IMG/VR virus record: IMGVR_UViG_3300009481_003534
Location: 1-50,599 of that record
DNA from: a virus
Lineage: Duplodnaviria; Caudoviricetes
DNA length: 50,599 nucleotides
Reading direction: 5' to 3' (one strand)
Position numbers and translations under genes: made by a program. Below, piece by piece: positions 28,671 to 37,579 of this stretch (within the stretch, counting starts at the first letter, position 1; each line of letters begins with the position of its first letter). The notes under the pieces are model-generated. The model ran no database searches and was not told the DNA's origin. It saw only the letters and a list, made by a program, of their open reading frames with translations.

Positions 28671-29111
28671 ATGAGCAATTCTTTTAACTATCCTCAAGAG
28701 TATGAAGTTTACTGGGAAAAATGGGTAGATGTCTATCAAGAAGAAATAGATGAGATAGATCAAGCCCTAAGTGAGTTTGAAGATTTACAAGACCTAGAGT
28801 ATGATATAGACCCAGAAATGATGGAGAAGCTGGAGTCAATGGCAAATATGCCATCTATAAAAACAATCATGACTCCTTTTGGTATGATGCCATTAACCGA
28901 ACAGTCTCTAGCGAGTAATCACTTCAAATTTTGGGTGGGTCATACAAACTTCAAGTTACTAAAGAAGCATAGCAAAATCATAGGTTCTGTAGAAGGAATA
29001 GAGTCAGTAGACATATTAACACCCTACAGATTCAGAATATCTGTTGCAAAACTCTTTGTAGATAGGGATGCAATGGCAAAGGTAAGGAAGGCCCTACTGG
29101 AAAGCACCTAA
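28671..29111 (+). CDS. acidic hypothetical protein
   Basis: 146 aa; FWVGHTNF...TPYRFRI looks conserved. Confidence 0.72.
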   Translation: MSNSFNYPQEYEVYWEKWVDVYQEEIDEIDQALSEFEDLQDLEYDIDPEMMEKLESMANMPSIKTIMTPFGMMPLTEQSLASNHFKFWVGHTNFKLLKKHSKIIGSVEGIESVDILTPYRFRISVAKLFVDRDAMAKVRKALLEST

Positions 29112-29776
29112 TGAAAAAACATTCTGAAGACTTAGACTTCAATGGCTACATCAGCAGTACTCGGGAAATGTTCTTGCTGCCTTTGGAGTCAGAGGATTCC
29201 GAAATAATTACTAAGACAGCTACTCATTTCCTAAAAAATCTTAGGTTATTAGAAGCCGAGTCGAAAAATCCTATAGTACTACACTCGTTCAGCCTTGGAG
29301 GAGACTGGTACGATGGTATGGTAATATACGATGCTATCAAATACAGCACATGCAAGTTTGTAATCATTTCTTATGGCATAGCAGCTTCTATGGCAAGTCT
29401 AATACCTCAAGCAGTTTTTCCTCAAGGAAAGAGGATAACAATGCCTAACTGCGATTGGATGATTCATGAAGGATATACTGCTACACAAGGAACTTACAGG
29501 CAAGTTCTATCTGGGGCTCAATGGGATACAATATTAAGATCTAGGACTTATCAAATGTATACAGAGCCTTGTATGAAAACAGGTGAATTCTTCAAGGACA
29601 AAAAGCAGTCTCAAGTTAAATCTTATATAAAAAGAAAGCTAGAGTCTAAAGAGGATTGGTGGATGTCTTCTGAGGATAGTATCAAATATGGGTTCTGTGA
29701 TCACATAGTTGGTGAAAAAGGAATGGAAACAGTAGATAAGATAGTCAAGAATGTATCTAGAATTTTGCAACTATAA
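29111..29776 (+). CDS. clpP: ClpP-like protease
   Basis: SLGG, AASMAS (Ser), WMIHE (His), EDWWMSSEDSIKYGFCD (Asp). Confidence 0.82.
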   Translation: MKKHSEDLDFNGYISSTREMFLLPLESEDSEIITKTATHFLKNLRLLEAESKNPIVLHSFSLGGDWYDGMVIYDAIKYSTCKFVIISYGIAASMASLIPQAVFPQGKRITMPNCDWMIHEGYTATQGTYRQVLSGAQWDTILRSRTYQMYTEPCMKTGEFFKDKKQSQVKSYIKRKLESKEDWWMSSEDSIKYGFCDHIVGEKGMETVDKIVKNVSRILQL

Positions 29777-30398
29777 TAGTTCTCATTATAAAAACACAGA
29801 AAGTCAAACTAGAGATATCTTTGATGCTGTATCTATAGGCTTTCATGCGGTCGGAATACCTCAATATCTTCTAAAACAAGTGTGTACGTTTCTTAGTGAC
29901 ACGACTGTGGACGTAGCTGTTCCAATAGACTTTCCTACAGGAACATCTGATAAAAAGGTACGCGAACATGAGGTCTTGGTGTGCTTGAAAAGAGGAGCAG
30001 ATTTCATTGATGTGCCTATCAACCCGTATCTTATAAAAGATAGAAAATACGACAGCATTGAAAAAGAAATAAAAACTTTTTCTAGGATGTGTGCAGATTA
30101 TGGCTCAGAACTTAGAATAATGTTGCAGCACAATTTGTATCCGATGTCTGAGTCTATAGCGATTGCAAGACTAGCACAGGACTTAGGAGTAAACTATATA
30201 CTTCCTGCTTCTGGCTTCCATAATGATGACATATATGATAATCTGTTATTATGCTCAAACATAGAGCAAAAAACTAATATAAACACCATATGCAATGGAC
30301 ATATATGGCTTGAAAAGCAATATAACTCCGTTATTCGGGCTAATATTTTTGGATTAAGAGTTTATTCACTTAACTTGTTCTCTACTTTTAGTGTATAG
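29751..30398 (+). CDS. degenerate DeoC (deoxyribose-phosphate aldolase)-like TIM barrel
   Basis: IDFPTG, GADFIDVPIN; YILPASGF in place of FIKTSTGF. Confidence 0.7.
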   Translation: MYLEFCNYNSSHYKNTESQTRDIFDAVSIGFHAVGIPQYLLKQVCTFLSDTTVDVAVPIDFPTGTSDKKVREHEVLVCLKRGADFIDVPINPYLIKDRKYDSIEKEIKTFSRMCADYGSELRIMLQHNLYPMSESIAIARLAQDLGVNYILPASGFHNDDIYDNLLLCSNIEQKTNINTICNGHIWLEKQYNSVIRANIFGLRVYSLNLFSTFSV

Positions 30399-30476
30399 AT
30401 TTATTATAAGGGAAGGGATTTTTACTTTTTAGGAACTATAGGACTTTTATCGGCTCATAACTATAAGGTATAAAAA

Positions 30477-31091
30477 ATGAGCTATTTTATTACTGATATC
30501 ACAGCAGCCGTGCCAACTACTGGCGCATACGGCTCAAATGGTCAGCCTAGCGGCATTGATAATGATCAAGGCAACATCCGTGCTGGCGGAACAATTTCAG
30601 AAAGCACTAAGTTTTCTGCAAATTCATTAGGCGAAGGCAATCCTATCACCACTATCGTCTCTGGTGTTAACAACTTCCAAGCTGGTCTTGGAACTTGGAA
30701 TCAGCAGAGTCAATTCTCAAACATCGTTAAAGCTACTACCACTATTGGTGGAGTTTCAAACAATGCTCTTGTATTCGGTGCTAGTGATTCTGCTCAAGGT
30801 GATGCTATTCATCAGGCCGCAGTTGTAAGAAATAGACTATACAAGACAGCTGTTCGTGCAGGCAACTGGAACGAATATACTGGAACTTGGTCTTCTGACC
30901 CTACTGTTGCAAATACTGGTGGCTACGACATTGCTAATGGAGTTGACCTATCGCCAACCCTTAAGGCTAGTGGCGTTGACCACGCAGCTAATCCTACCAG
31001 CGCTAGACCGGGTGAACTCACAGCGTTCTCGGCATCTGGTACGCCAAATGCTCCAACGAACTTGGACTACAAGCCAAGGTATCTATGGTAA
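30477..31091 (+). CDS. putative virion structural protein
   Basis: G/A/S/T/N-rich; preceded by GTGTATAG motif, followed by a terminator. Confidence 0.55.
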   Translation: MSYFITDITAAVPTTGAYGSNGQPSGIDNDQGNIRAGGTISESTKFSANSLGEGNPITTIVSGVNNFQAGLGTWNQQSQFSNIVKATTTIGGVSNNALVFGASDSAQGDAIHQAAVVRNRLYKTAVRAGNWNEYTGTWSSDPTVANTGGYDIANGVDLSPTLKASGVDHAANPTSARPGELTAFSASGTPNAPTNLDYKPRYLW

Positions 31092-31104
31092 GCGTTTTTC
31101 GATT

Positions 31105-31140
31105 GAGGGGCAGAGAGATTTGCCCCTCTCTCTTTTTTTT
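31105..31140 (+). terminator. intrinsic terminator
   Basis: GAGGGGCA-N8-TGCCCCTC plus T8. Confidence 0.7.
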
Positions 31141-31162
31141 AGCAAGTTAAAGGGAAACAGCG

Positions 31163-31474
31163 ATGAAAGCCTTATTAGCATTTTTGCCGCCATTTTTAAT
31201 AGCCGCAGGAGATGCCATACCTAATTTCGAGTGGGGAACTATCTCTGCAACTGGGCTGCTAGGTTGGTATCTATGGTATACAACAAAAGTTGTGTTCCCA
31301 AGTCATCAAAAGCAAGTCTCTGATATGCAGGACAGCTTCACAGAGCAATTCAATATACAACGGGAGCACTACGAAAATATAATAGACGATGTTCAAACCA
31401 GACAAGATAAAAGGCATGAACAAATCGTAGAAACTCTTGAAAAAATAAATGAATCATTAGACAAAACACCATAA
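31163..31474 (+). CDS. membrane protein with C-terminal coiled coil (holin/BhlA-like?)
   Basis: Hydrophobic N-terminus, GLLGWYLWY TM segment, charged coiled tail. Confidence 0.55.
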   Translation: MKALLAFLPPFLIAAGDAIPNFEWGTISATGLLGWYLWYTTKVVFPSHQKQVSDMQDSFTEQFNIQREHYENIIDDVQTRQDKRHEQIVETLEKINESLDKTP

Positions 31475-31520
31475 GTAAAGTATAATTATATAACACTGTT
31501 TTTTTAAAAGGAGATTTGAT

Positions 31521-31694
31521 ATGGTTGAAAAGCTCAAAAGCTTAGTAAAATCACGTCGTTTTTGGACTGCTATAGGTAGTGTAGTTGTAGTTATTCTGCA
31601 TGACACCTTGGGCATTCCTGAAGAAACGGCTAACACGGTTGCTGCAATCGGAGTTAGTTGGATCGTTGGCGACTCTCTCAGACCTACCGAATAA
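31521..31694 (+). CDS. holin-like two-TM protein (57 aa)
   Basis: Translated by hand: MVEKLKSLVKSRRFWTAIGSVVVVIL...WIVGDS; AGGAG RBS; SR(K/R)FW motif. Confidence 0.65.
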   Translation: MVEKLKSLVKSRRFWTAIGSVVVVILHDTLGIPEETANTVAAIGVSWIVGDSLRPTE

Positions 31695-31712
31695 AATGGA
31701 ATTTATTTACGG

Positions 31713-31741
31713 AAAGGGGCGGATTTTCCGTCCCTTTTTTT
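31713..31741 (+). terminator. intrinsic terminator
   Basis: AAAGGGGCGGA-TTT-TCCGTCCCTTT plus T tract. Confidence 0.75.
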
Positions 31742-31793
31742 CATGGTTGACGTTTAATATGTTAGGTATACCTAACTTTATAAGGAGAAAGAA

Positions 31794-32189
31794 ATGAAAA
31801 AATTTATCTTATTTATGTCAATCTTTGCATTCAGCATACCTTCTGTCATGGCAGATCCTCCGCAAAGAAAAGTCATCCAAGCGCCTCAAAAGCCACAAGT
31901 GGTTCGTAATCAGCCTAGAGAGTTTACAAGACCTCCTACGGCAAGACCAACGATTCCCGGAAAACAACAGTGGCAGAAGCCCCAGCAGCAGCCTGAGCAG
32001 CCAAAAGTTCAGCCTAAGCACAGTTTTGGCTTTTATAACTATTACAGACCTAACCCCCACTTTAGGTACTACAGAGCCCCAAGCTACTATCCTCCAGTGA
32101 TTGTTCAGCCACCTGTGATTATACAACCACAGCCAATGCCGATTTATCCAGCACCTTTTCACGGCTTCTTTTTTCACTTTAGGTTTTAA
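31794..32189 (+). CDS. secreted Pro/Gln-rich low-complexity protein
   Basis: Signal peptide MKKFILF...VMA/D, AAGGAG RBS, aromatic C-terminus FFFHFRF. Confidence 0.72.
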   Translation: MKKFILFMSIFAFSIPSVMADPPQRKVIQAPQKPQVVRNQPREFTRPPTARPTIPGKQQWQKPQQQPEQPKVQPKHSFGFYNYYRPNPHFRYYRAPSYYPPVIVQPPVIIQPQPMPIYPAPFHGFFFHFRF

Positions 32190-32200
32190 GGAAAATAAAA

Positions 32201-32389
32201 ATGGACATTAAGGATTTAGATTTAGGATTTGGAGGCGGATTTGATTCGCTTATAGCAAAAGAAAAGGCAAAGAAAAATTGCAAACTGTGTCATGGAAGAG
32301 GCTATGTTATGATCACATATCCAAAACATAATGCAGCTTCTAAAAATTATTGCGAGTGTGTTGCTAAAAAATTAGAGAAAGAAGAATAG
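32201..32389 (+). CDS. small Zn-finger protein (CxxCxGxG)
   Basis: CKLCHGRG...CEC; AAGGA RBS. Confidence 0.7.
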   Translation: MDIKDLDLGFGGGFDSLIAKEKAKKNCKLCHGRGYVMITYPKHNAASKNYCECVAKKLEKEE

Positions 32390-32421
32390 GCAACTTTTAC
32401 GGAGGTGTATATAACATTGAC

Positions 32422-32578
32422 AACCAGAGTATAATAGAGCGATACCAAACTATACTTCGCTAAAGCGGCACCTCTCTGGTTAAGCGATATTTTCTTCATT
32501 AGGCTTACAGACTAAAACACGACGTTCCCTTTGAGGCAGTAAGCAGGTAGAGAGAATTACTCAAGTGTCGCTTTTTTT
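32422..32578 (+). ncRNA. candidate structured non-coding RNA upstream of nrdA
   Basis: Stems AACCAGAG/CTCTGGTT, AGCGA/TCGCT, AAGCGATA/TGTCGCTT and GCTTAC/GTAAGC in a ~315-nt intergenic gap; ends in T7. Confidence 0.4.
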
Positions 32579-32587
32579 AAAAATTAC

Positions 32588-32617
32588 AAGCTCACCTTGG
32601 AAAAGGTGGGCTTTTTT
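32588..32617 (+). terminator. intrinsic terminator
   Basis: AAGCTCACCTT-GGAA-AAGGTGGGCTT plus T tract. Confidence 0.8.
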
Positions 32618-32705
32618 ATGTTATCTGTACGAGATATTACAGTTCTAAGAGTACAATTGAAATAGTTACAAACACAAACTTATGTTGAGAATTGATTAGG
32701 CCAAG

Positions 32706-35153
32706 ATGAGCGACAACAATAAAAAAGTAAAGAAACGCAATGGAAGATTAGAGGAACTTAACTTAGATAAAATTAATGAGTGTGTAGAGAGAGCAACCAC
32801 TGGCTTAGACAGCGTGTCGGTTAGCGAAATAGTTCTAGATGCCAGCTTGCAACTATACGATAAAATACCAACAAAAGAAATAGATAAGGCATTAGTTATG
32901 TCTTCCCGCTCCAAGATTGAAAAAGAGCCTAACTACGCTTATGTATCAGCTAGACTTCTGCTAAACAATCTTTACAAAGAAGTTTTTGGGGAAGGTGTAG
33001 ATAGCGATACATTCGAACTCCAATATAGAAAATCCTTTGTACAAAATATTAAAAAGCTAGTGAAGGCAGGCAGACTGAGTGAGGACTTGCTGGCTTATGA
33101 CCTTAAGTTATTATCTGAAAAATTGTTTCCGCAAAGAGATCTTCTTTTCAAATACTTAGGCATCCAAACTCTTTATGACAGATATTTTATCCATATTGAG
33201 CAGAGAAGAATGGAGACCCCTCAAGCATTTTATATGAGGGTTGCTATGGGGCTTTGCTTAAATGAAGATAATAAGGAAGAAAAAGCGGCTGAAATATATA
33301 ATATGATGTCAGAGTTTAGATACTCCCCTTCTACACCTACATTATTTAATAGTGGAACAAAAAGATCACAGCTTTCTTCATGTTATCTTAGCACCGTTCA
33401 CGATTCCATTGACGGTATATTTGGAACAATTCATGGGCAAGCAAGGCTCTCAAAGTATGCTGGAGGCTTAGGTGTTGATTGGACTCCTGTCAGATCTTCA
33501 GGAGCCTACATTCAAGGCACAAATGGTAACTCTTCTGGATTAGTTCCTTGGCTTAAAATATTCAACGACACCTTAGTTGGAGTCAATCAGGGAGGAAAGA
33601 GGAAAGGTGCGGGATGTGCATATTTAGAAATATGGCATCTTGATGTAGAGGACTTCCTAGATCTTCGAAAGAATACGGGAGACGACAGAAGAAGATGTCA
33701 TGATATGAACACAGCCTTATGGATTTGTGACGAGTTTATGCTTCATGTCTCCAAGGAGTTGGACTGGTACTTATTTGATCCATCTGAATGTCCAGATTTA
33801 CATGAGACGTATGGGTCTAAGTTCTCTAAACTATACAAACACTATAAGAAGATGGCAGACGAAGGGGAGATTAAAAACTTTGCAAAAATACCTGCAAAAG
33901 ATTTATGGAAAAAATGTCTTAAGTCGTTGTTTGAAACTGGTCATCCTTGGGTAACATTTAAAGATCCTTCAAACATACGTTATAGTAACAAGCATGCAGG
34001 CGTAGTTCACTCCTCTAATCTCTGCACCGAGATCCTACTGCACACTAAGCCAACTGTGTATGATGAGGGCGAAGTTGTAGAAACCGGAGAAACGGCTGTT
34101 TGTAATTTGGCTAGTATCAATCTTTCCAATCATATAAAAGTAAGGACTGTAGATTGGAAGAAGTTACAAAAGACAGTAGAAGTAGCAGTCAGAGGACTAG
34201 ATAATGTAATCGACTTGAATTTTTACCCAACCAAAGAGGCAGAAAATTCTAATATTAAAAATCGTCCAGTCGGCTTGGGAATTATGGGCACTCATGACAT
34301 GTTGCATAAGCTTGGGATCATATATGATTCTCAAGAGGCTGTTGATCTCTGCGATAGGGTACAGGAATTTATTTCTCTGCACGCCATCAAAACATCCTCA
34401 TTGTTAGCAAAAGAAAAGGGAACTTATCCTGCTTTTGGTGGATCTGAGTGGGACAAAGGAAATTTCCCTGTAGACACATACTGTGAAATGTTATCTCAAA
34501 GAAATCCCAGAGCTGTTGCTGAAGATAGAGGTTCTTTTGAGAGTCTTGAAGAATGGAATTGCGTAAGAGAGTTAGTAAAAACTTATGGGATGAGAAACTC
34601 GAATGTGATGGCTATCGCTCCTACTGCTACAATCTCATACATACAAGGCTGCTCTCAGTCCATTGAGCCTGATTATTCAGTGCTATTTGTATATTCAACA
34701 CTGAGTGGTGAGTTTACTATGATAAATGAGCACTTTGTGGCTCTGGCTAAGAAGAAGGGTATATGGTCTCAAGGACTAGTTGATGCTTTGAAGAGTGTAG
34801 ATGGAGATGTCACAGCTCTTATTGATCTAGACGAAGACCTGAAGGCTCAATTTAAAAATGCTTTTGATGTAGATTTCCATACCCTTATAGATGCTGCTGC
34901 TGCTAGGCAGAGATGGATAGATATGGGCCAGTCACTTAACTTGTACAATAAACATGAGAGCCTTAAGTACCTGAATGACATGTATATGTACGCTTGGGAG
35001 AAAGGTCTCAAAACTACATACTATCTTAGAAGCAAAGCAGCTACTAGATTAGAAAAGTCAACAATTTCTGAAGTAAACGATAAGAATGCGGGTATAATTA
35101 ATGAGCCAAAGGCTTGTTCTATTTTAGATCCGGGATGTGAGAGTTGCCAATGA
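32706..35153 (+). CDS. nrdA: class I ribonucleotide reductase alpha subunit with ATP cone
   Basis: VKKRNG ATP cone, SSCY, NLCTE, APTATIS, TTYYLRS, C-terminal CESC. Confidence 0.96.
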   Translation: MSDNNKKVKKRNGRLEELNLDKINECVERATTGLDSVSVSEIVLDASLQLYDKIPTKEIDKALVMSSRSKIEKEPNYAYVSARLLLNNLYKEVFGEGVDSDTFELQYRKSFVQNIKKLVKAGRLSEDLLAYDLKLLSEKLFPQRDLLFKYLGIQTLYDRYFIHIEQRRMETPQAFYMRVAMGLCLNEDNKEEKAAEIYNMMSEFRYSPSTPTLFNSGTKRSQLSSCYLSTVHDSIDGIFGTIHGQARLSKYAGGLGVDWTPVRSSGAYIQGTNGNSSGLVPWLKIFNDTLVGVNQGGKRKGAGCAYLEIWHLDVEDFLDLRKNTGDDRRRCHDMNTALWICDEFMLHVSKELDWYLFDPSECPDLHETYGSKFSKLYKHYKKMADEGEIKNFAKIPAKDLWKKCLKSLFETGHPWVTFKDPSNIRYSNKHAGVVHSSNLCTEILLHTKPTVYDEGEVVETGETAVCNLASINLSNHIKVRTVDWKKLQKTVEVAVRGLDNVIDLNFYPTKEAENSNIKNRPVGLGIMGTHDMLHKLGIIYDSQEAVDLCDRVQEFISLHAIKTSSLLAKEKGTYPAFGGSEWDKGNFPVDTYCEMLSQRNPRAVAEDRGSFESLEEWNCVRELVKTYGMRNSNVMAIAPTATISYIQGCSQSIEPDYSVLFVYSTLSGEFTMINEHFVALAKKKGIWSQGLVDALKSVDGDVTALIDLDEDLKAQFKNAFDVDFHTLIDAAAARQRWIDMGQSLNLYNKHESLKYLNDMYMYAWEKGLKTTYYLRSKAATRLEKSTISEVNDKNAGIINEPKACSILDPGCESCQ

Positions 35154-35287
35154 GATTTGTAGAATTTAGACAATCATCTACATCTCCTCTAAAATATAAC
35201 TTAGAGCTGAAGCCAGATGAAGTTGAAAAGGTAAAGGACTTATTAACAGAGATAATTAAGAGATTACAGCAAGATGAAAAAAAGTAA
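35150..35287 (+). CDS. small hypothetical protein (45 aa) between nrdA and nrdB
   Basis: ATGA overlap with the nrdA stop; ends inside the nrdB start. Confidence 0.5.
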   Translation: MRFVEFRQSSTSPLKYNLELKPDEVEKVKDLLTEIIKRLQQDEKK

Positions 35288-36281
35288 AGAAATTATATCA
35301 GACAAGGTTTCTGTCGTGAATCAGATTTTGCCCCATACAAATAAATGGGCTTGGGATTTATTCATCGACGGAGCAGCCAACAATTGGATGCCAACAGAAA
35401 TTTCTATGGCAAAAGATATCGAGCAATGGAAATCCAATTTACTTTCTGAAGATGAAAAACTGGTCGTTAAAAGGTGTCTAGGCTTCTTTGCAGGATCGGA
35501 GTCTCTCGTTGCTAACAATCTTCTGCTTAGTATTTTTAAGTTTGTTACAGACCCTGAGTGTAGACAATATATATTGCGACAAGCATATGAAGAGAGCCTA
35601 CACAATCTTACTGTCGTATATGTGTGTGATTCTCTTAATTTAGATATTGATGAGGTATATCAGGCTTACAATTCAATCCCTAGCATCAAAGCAAAGGATG
35701 ATTTCCTGATGAACATCACAACTGATATCAATCGTTCAGACTTTAACATAAACACCATAGAGGGTAAGAGGGAGTTCCTTCGAAATATTATTACATACTA
35801 CATTATCTGCGAAGGAATCTTCTTCTTCTCTGGCTTTGCTATGTTGTTATCTTTTAATAGACAGAACAAATTGCCGGGAATCGGGGAGCAAATTCAATAT
35901 ACGCTACGTGACGAAAGCCTACATATCAAGTTCGGCACAGAGATGATCAATAGAATAAGGGAAGACAATCCTAAAGTCTGGACAAAATCTTTTGAGAAAG
36001 AGACTTTAGCTCACATAGAAACAGCTATGGAACTTGAACTAGCATACGCTAGAGAGGTTCTTCCTACAGGAATTCTAGGCTTAAACTCAGACATGTTTAT
36101 TGATTATGTTCAATTTATTGCAGATCGAAGGCTGTCAAATCTAGGGCTACCATCCCCATTTGGCGAGGCTCAAAACCCATTCCCGTGGATGAGTGAGATA
36201 ATTGACCTAGAAAAATGCAAGAACTTCTTTGAAACAAGAGTCACGGAGTACTCAGTAGGCACACTGGTTGACGACTTTTAG
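35274..36281 (+). CDS. nrdB: ribonucleotide reductase beta subunit, class Ic (R2c)-like
   Basis: W.P.E, GSESLV, EESLH, EGIFF, RDESLH, NFFETRVTEY; Val at the radical-Tyr position. Confidence 0.93.
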   Translation: MKKSKEIISDKVSVVNQILPHTNKWAWDLFIDGAANNWMPTEISMAKDIEQWKSNLLSEDEKLVVKRCLGFFAGSESLVANNLLLSIFKFVTDPECRQYILRQAYEESLHNLTVVYVCDSLNLDIDEVYQAYNSIPSIKAKDDFLMNITTDINRSDFNINTIEGKREFLRNIITYYIICEGIFFFSGFAMLLSFNRQNKLPGIGEQIQYTLRDESLHIKFGTEMINRIREDNPKVWTKSFEKETLAHIETAMELELAYAREVLPTGILGLNSDMFIDYVQFIADRRLSNLGLPSPFGEAQNPFPWMSEIIDLEKCKNFFETRVTEYSVGTLVDDF

Positions 36282-36322
36282 GTGTATATGTATATAGTCC
36301 CATGTCCTTTCTGGAGTTAGCT

Positions 36323-37579
36323 ATGATTGATTTTATATTTGATAGAAGAAGTTTTCTAAGAATAGGGTCTATTGGTGCTGGTATGTCAGCTATAGGCCTT
36401 TCCGACTATGCTCTTGGATCGCAAGATTTTAGTAGCTATAAAGACAAAACAGTAGTATGGGTGTGGCTGGGAGGAGGCCCTACTCAGTTTGAAACTTTTC
36501 ATGCTCCAAATGACACTGTACCTTCAGAATGGCAGCCAGTGAATGGTGCTATACATGATGCAAAGACTAACATAACTCTTGGAGCAGACTGGGTTGAGCT
36601 TGCTAAACATACATCAAAACTCAATGTAGTAAATTCTTTTAGTCATAAAGACTCTTCTCACAGACAGGGCACACACTTCATGATGACTGGGCAATACAAC
36701 CCAGAAAGAAGCACCACATCAATGGCAAAATACCCCTCTTTTGGGGCCATTGTTTCAGCTGTCTATGGTGCAAATCATCCAAGCAACGGAGTACCTACAT
36801 ATGTTAAACAAGGTAAAATCGAAGGTGATGAGGGTGCTTGGCTGGGTGGAGCATTTAAACCATTTGATCCATCCAATAAAGACAATCTCACACCAAGAGT
36901 TGAGCTCGACAGATTCTCAACAAGAAAAGACTTGCTCAGAGGATTAGACGCAGCAAGAGTATCAGGCAAGGGCGCAGAGTCGGTGCAGTTCTACAAAGGC
37001 CAAGCGTATGATGTTATTCTAGGGTCTGCGAAAGAGGCATTTGCTGTAGAAAAAGAATCTGAAGCAACGAAAGCTTTATACGGTTCTAGTAAAGCCAAGG
37101 ACATTGGAGAGCAATTAATATTAGCTAGAAGATTAGCTGAAAATGGAACTAAGTTCATAACATTGCATTATGGCGGATGGGATATGCATAGCAATATTTC
37201 TAAAGCGATGCAGGGTAAAGTTCCTCCGCTAGATAAAGCTCTTGCCGGTTTCTTGCAAGACATCGAAGACAGAGGCATGAGTGAAAAGGTTCTCTTAGTT
37301 GTTACTGGAGAATTTGGTAGAACAAAATTTAACGCTAACGCTGGTAGAGATCACTGGCCTGCCATTACTCCAATGATGATGGCTGGAGGTTCTTACCAAT
37401 CAGGAAGAACTATCGGCGCAGCGGACAGATCTTATAACCCAATTGAGAATCCTGTAGGCCCGCTAGACTTACAGGCAACACTATTTGATCACTTTGGTAT
37501 TGACACAGCAACTCAGCGTGTAGATAATGGTGGTCGCCCAAGATACTTACTAGAAGGCGAAGCAAAGGTAATTTTATAA
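36323..37579 (+). CDS. DUF1501 family protein, Tat signal (copy 1)
   Basis: RRSFL, WLGGGP, ARRLAE.G, GGWDMH, GEFGRT, GRDHW. Confidence 0.9.
   Translation: MIDFIFDRRSFLRIGSIGAGMSAIGLSDYALGSQDFSSYKDKTVVWVWLGGGPTQFETFHAPNDTVPSEWQPVNGAIHDAKTNITLGADWVELAKHTSKLNVVNSFSHKDSSHRQGTHFMMTGQYNPERSTTSMAKYPSFGAIVSAVYGANHPSNGVPTYVKQGKIEGDEGAWLGGAFKPFDPSNKDNLTPRVELDRFSTRKDLLRGLDAARVSGKGAESVQFYKGQAYDVILGSAKEAFAVEKESEATKALYGSSKAKDIGEQLILARRLAENGTKFITLHYGGWDMHSNISKAMQGKVPPLDKALAGFLQDIEDRGMSEKVLLVVTGEFGRTKFNANAGRDHWPAITPMMMAGGSYQSGRTIGAADRSYNPIENPVGPLDLQATLFDHFGIDTATQRVDNGGRPRYLLEGEAKVIL

Noticed and set aside
31141-31150. AGCAAGTTAA as another copy of the pseudoknot motif
   Set aside because: No complementary stem or tail pairings follow; AGTATGTT at 49844 fails the same test.
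32417-32435. Perfect TTGACA and TATAAT hexamers
   Set aside because: The spacer is only 7 nt, incompatible with a sigma70 promoter.
32422-32481. SAM-I riboswitch (CCAGAG...CGGCA.C resemblance)
   Set aside because: The P3/P4 elements and the GGTGC...GAT closing strand are missing.
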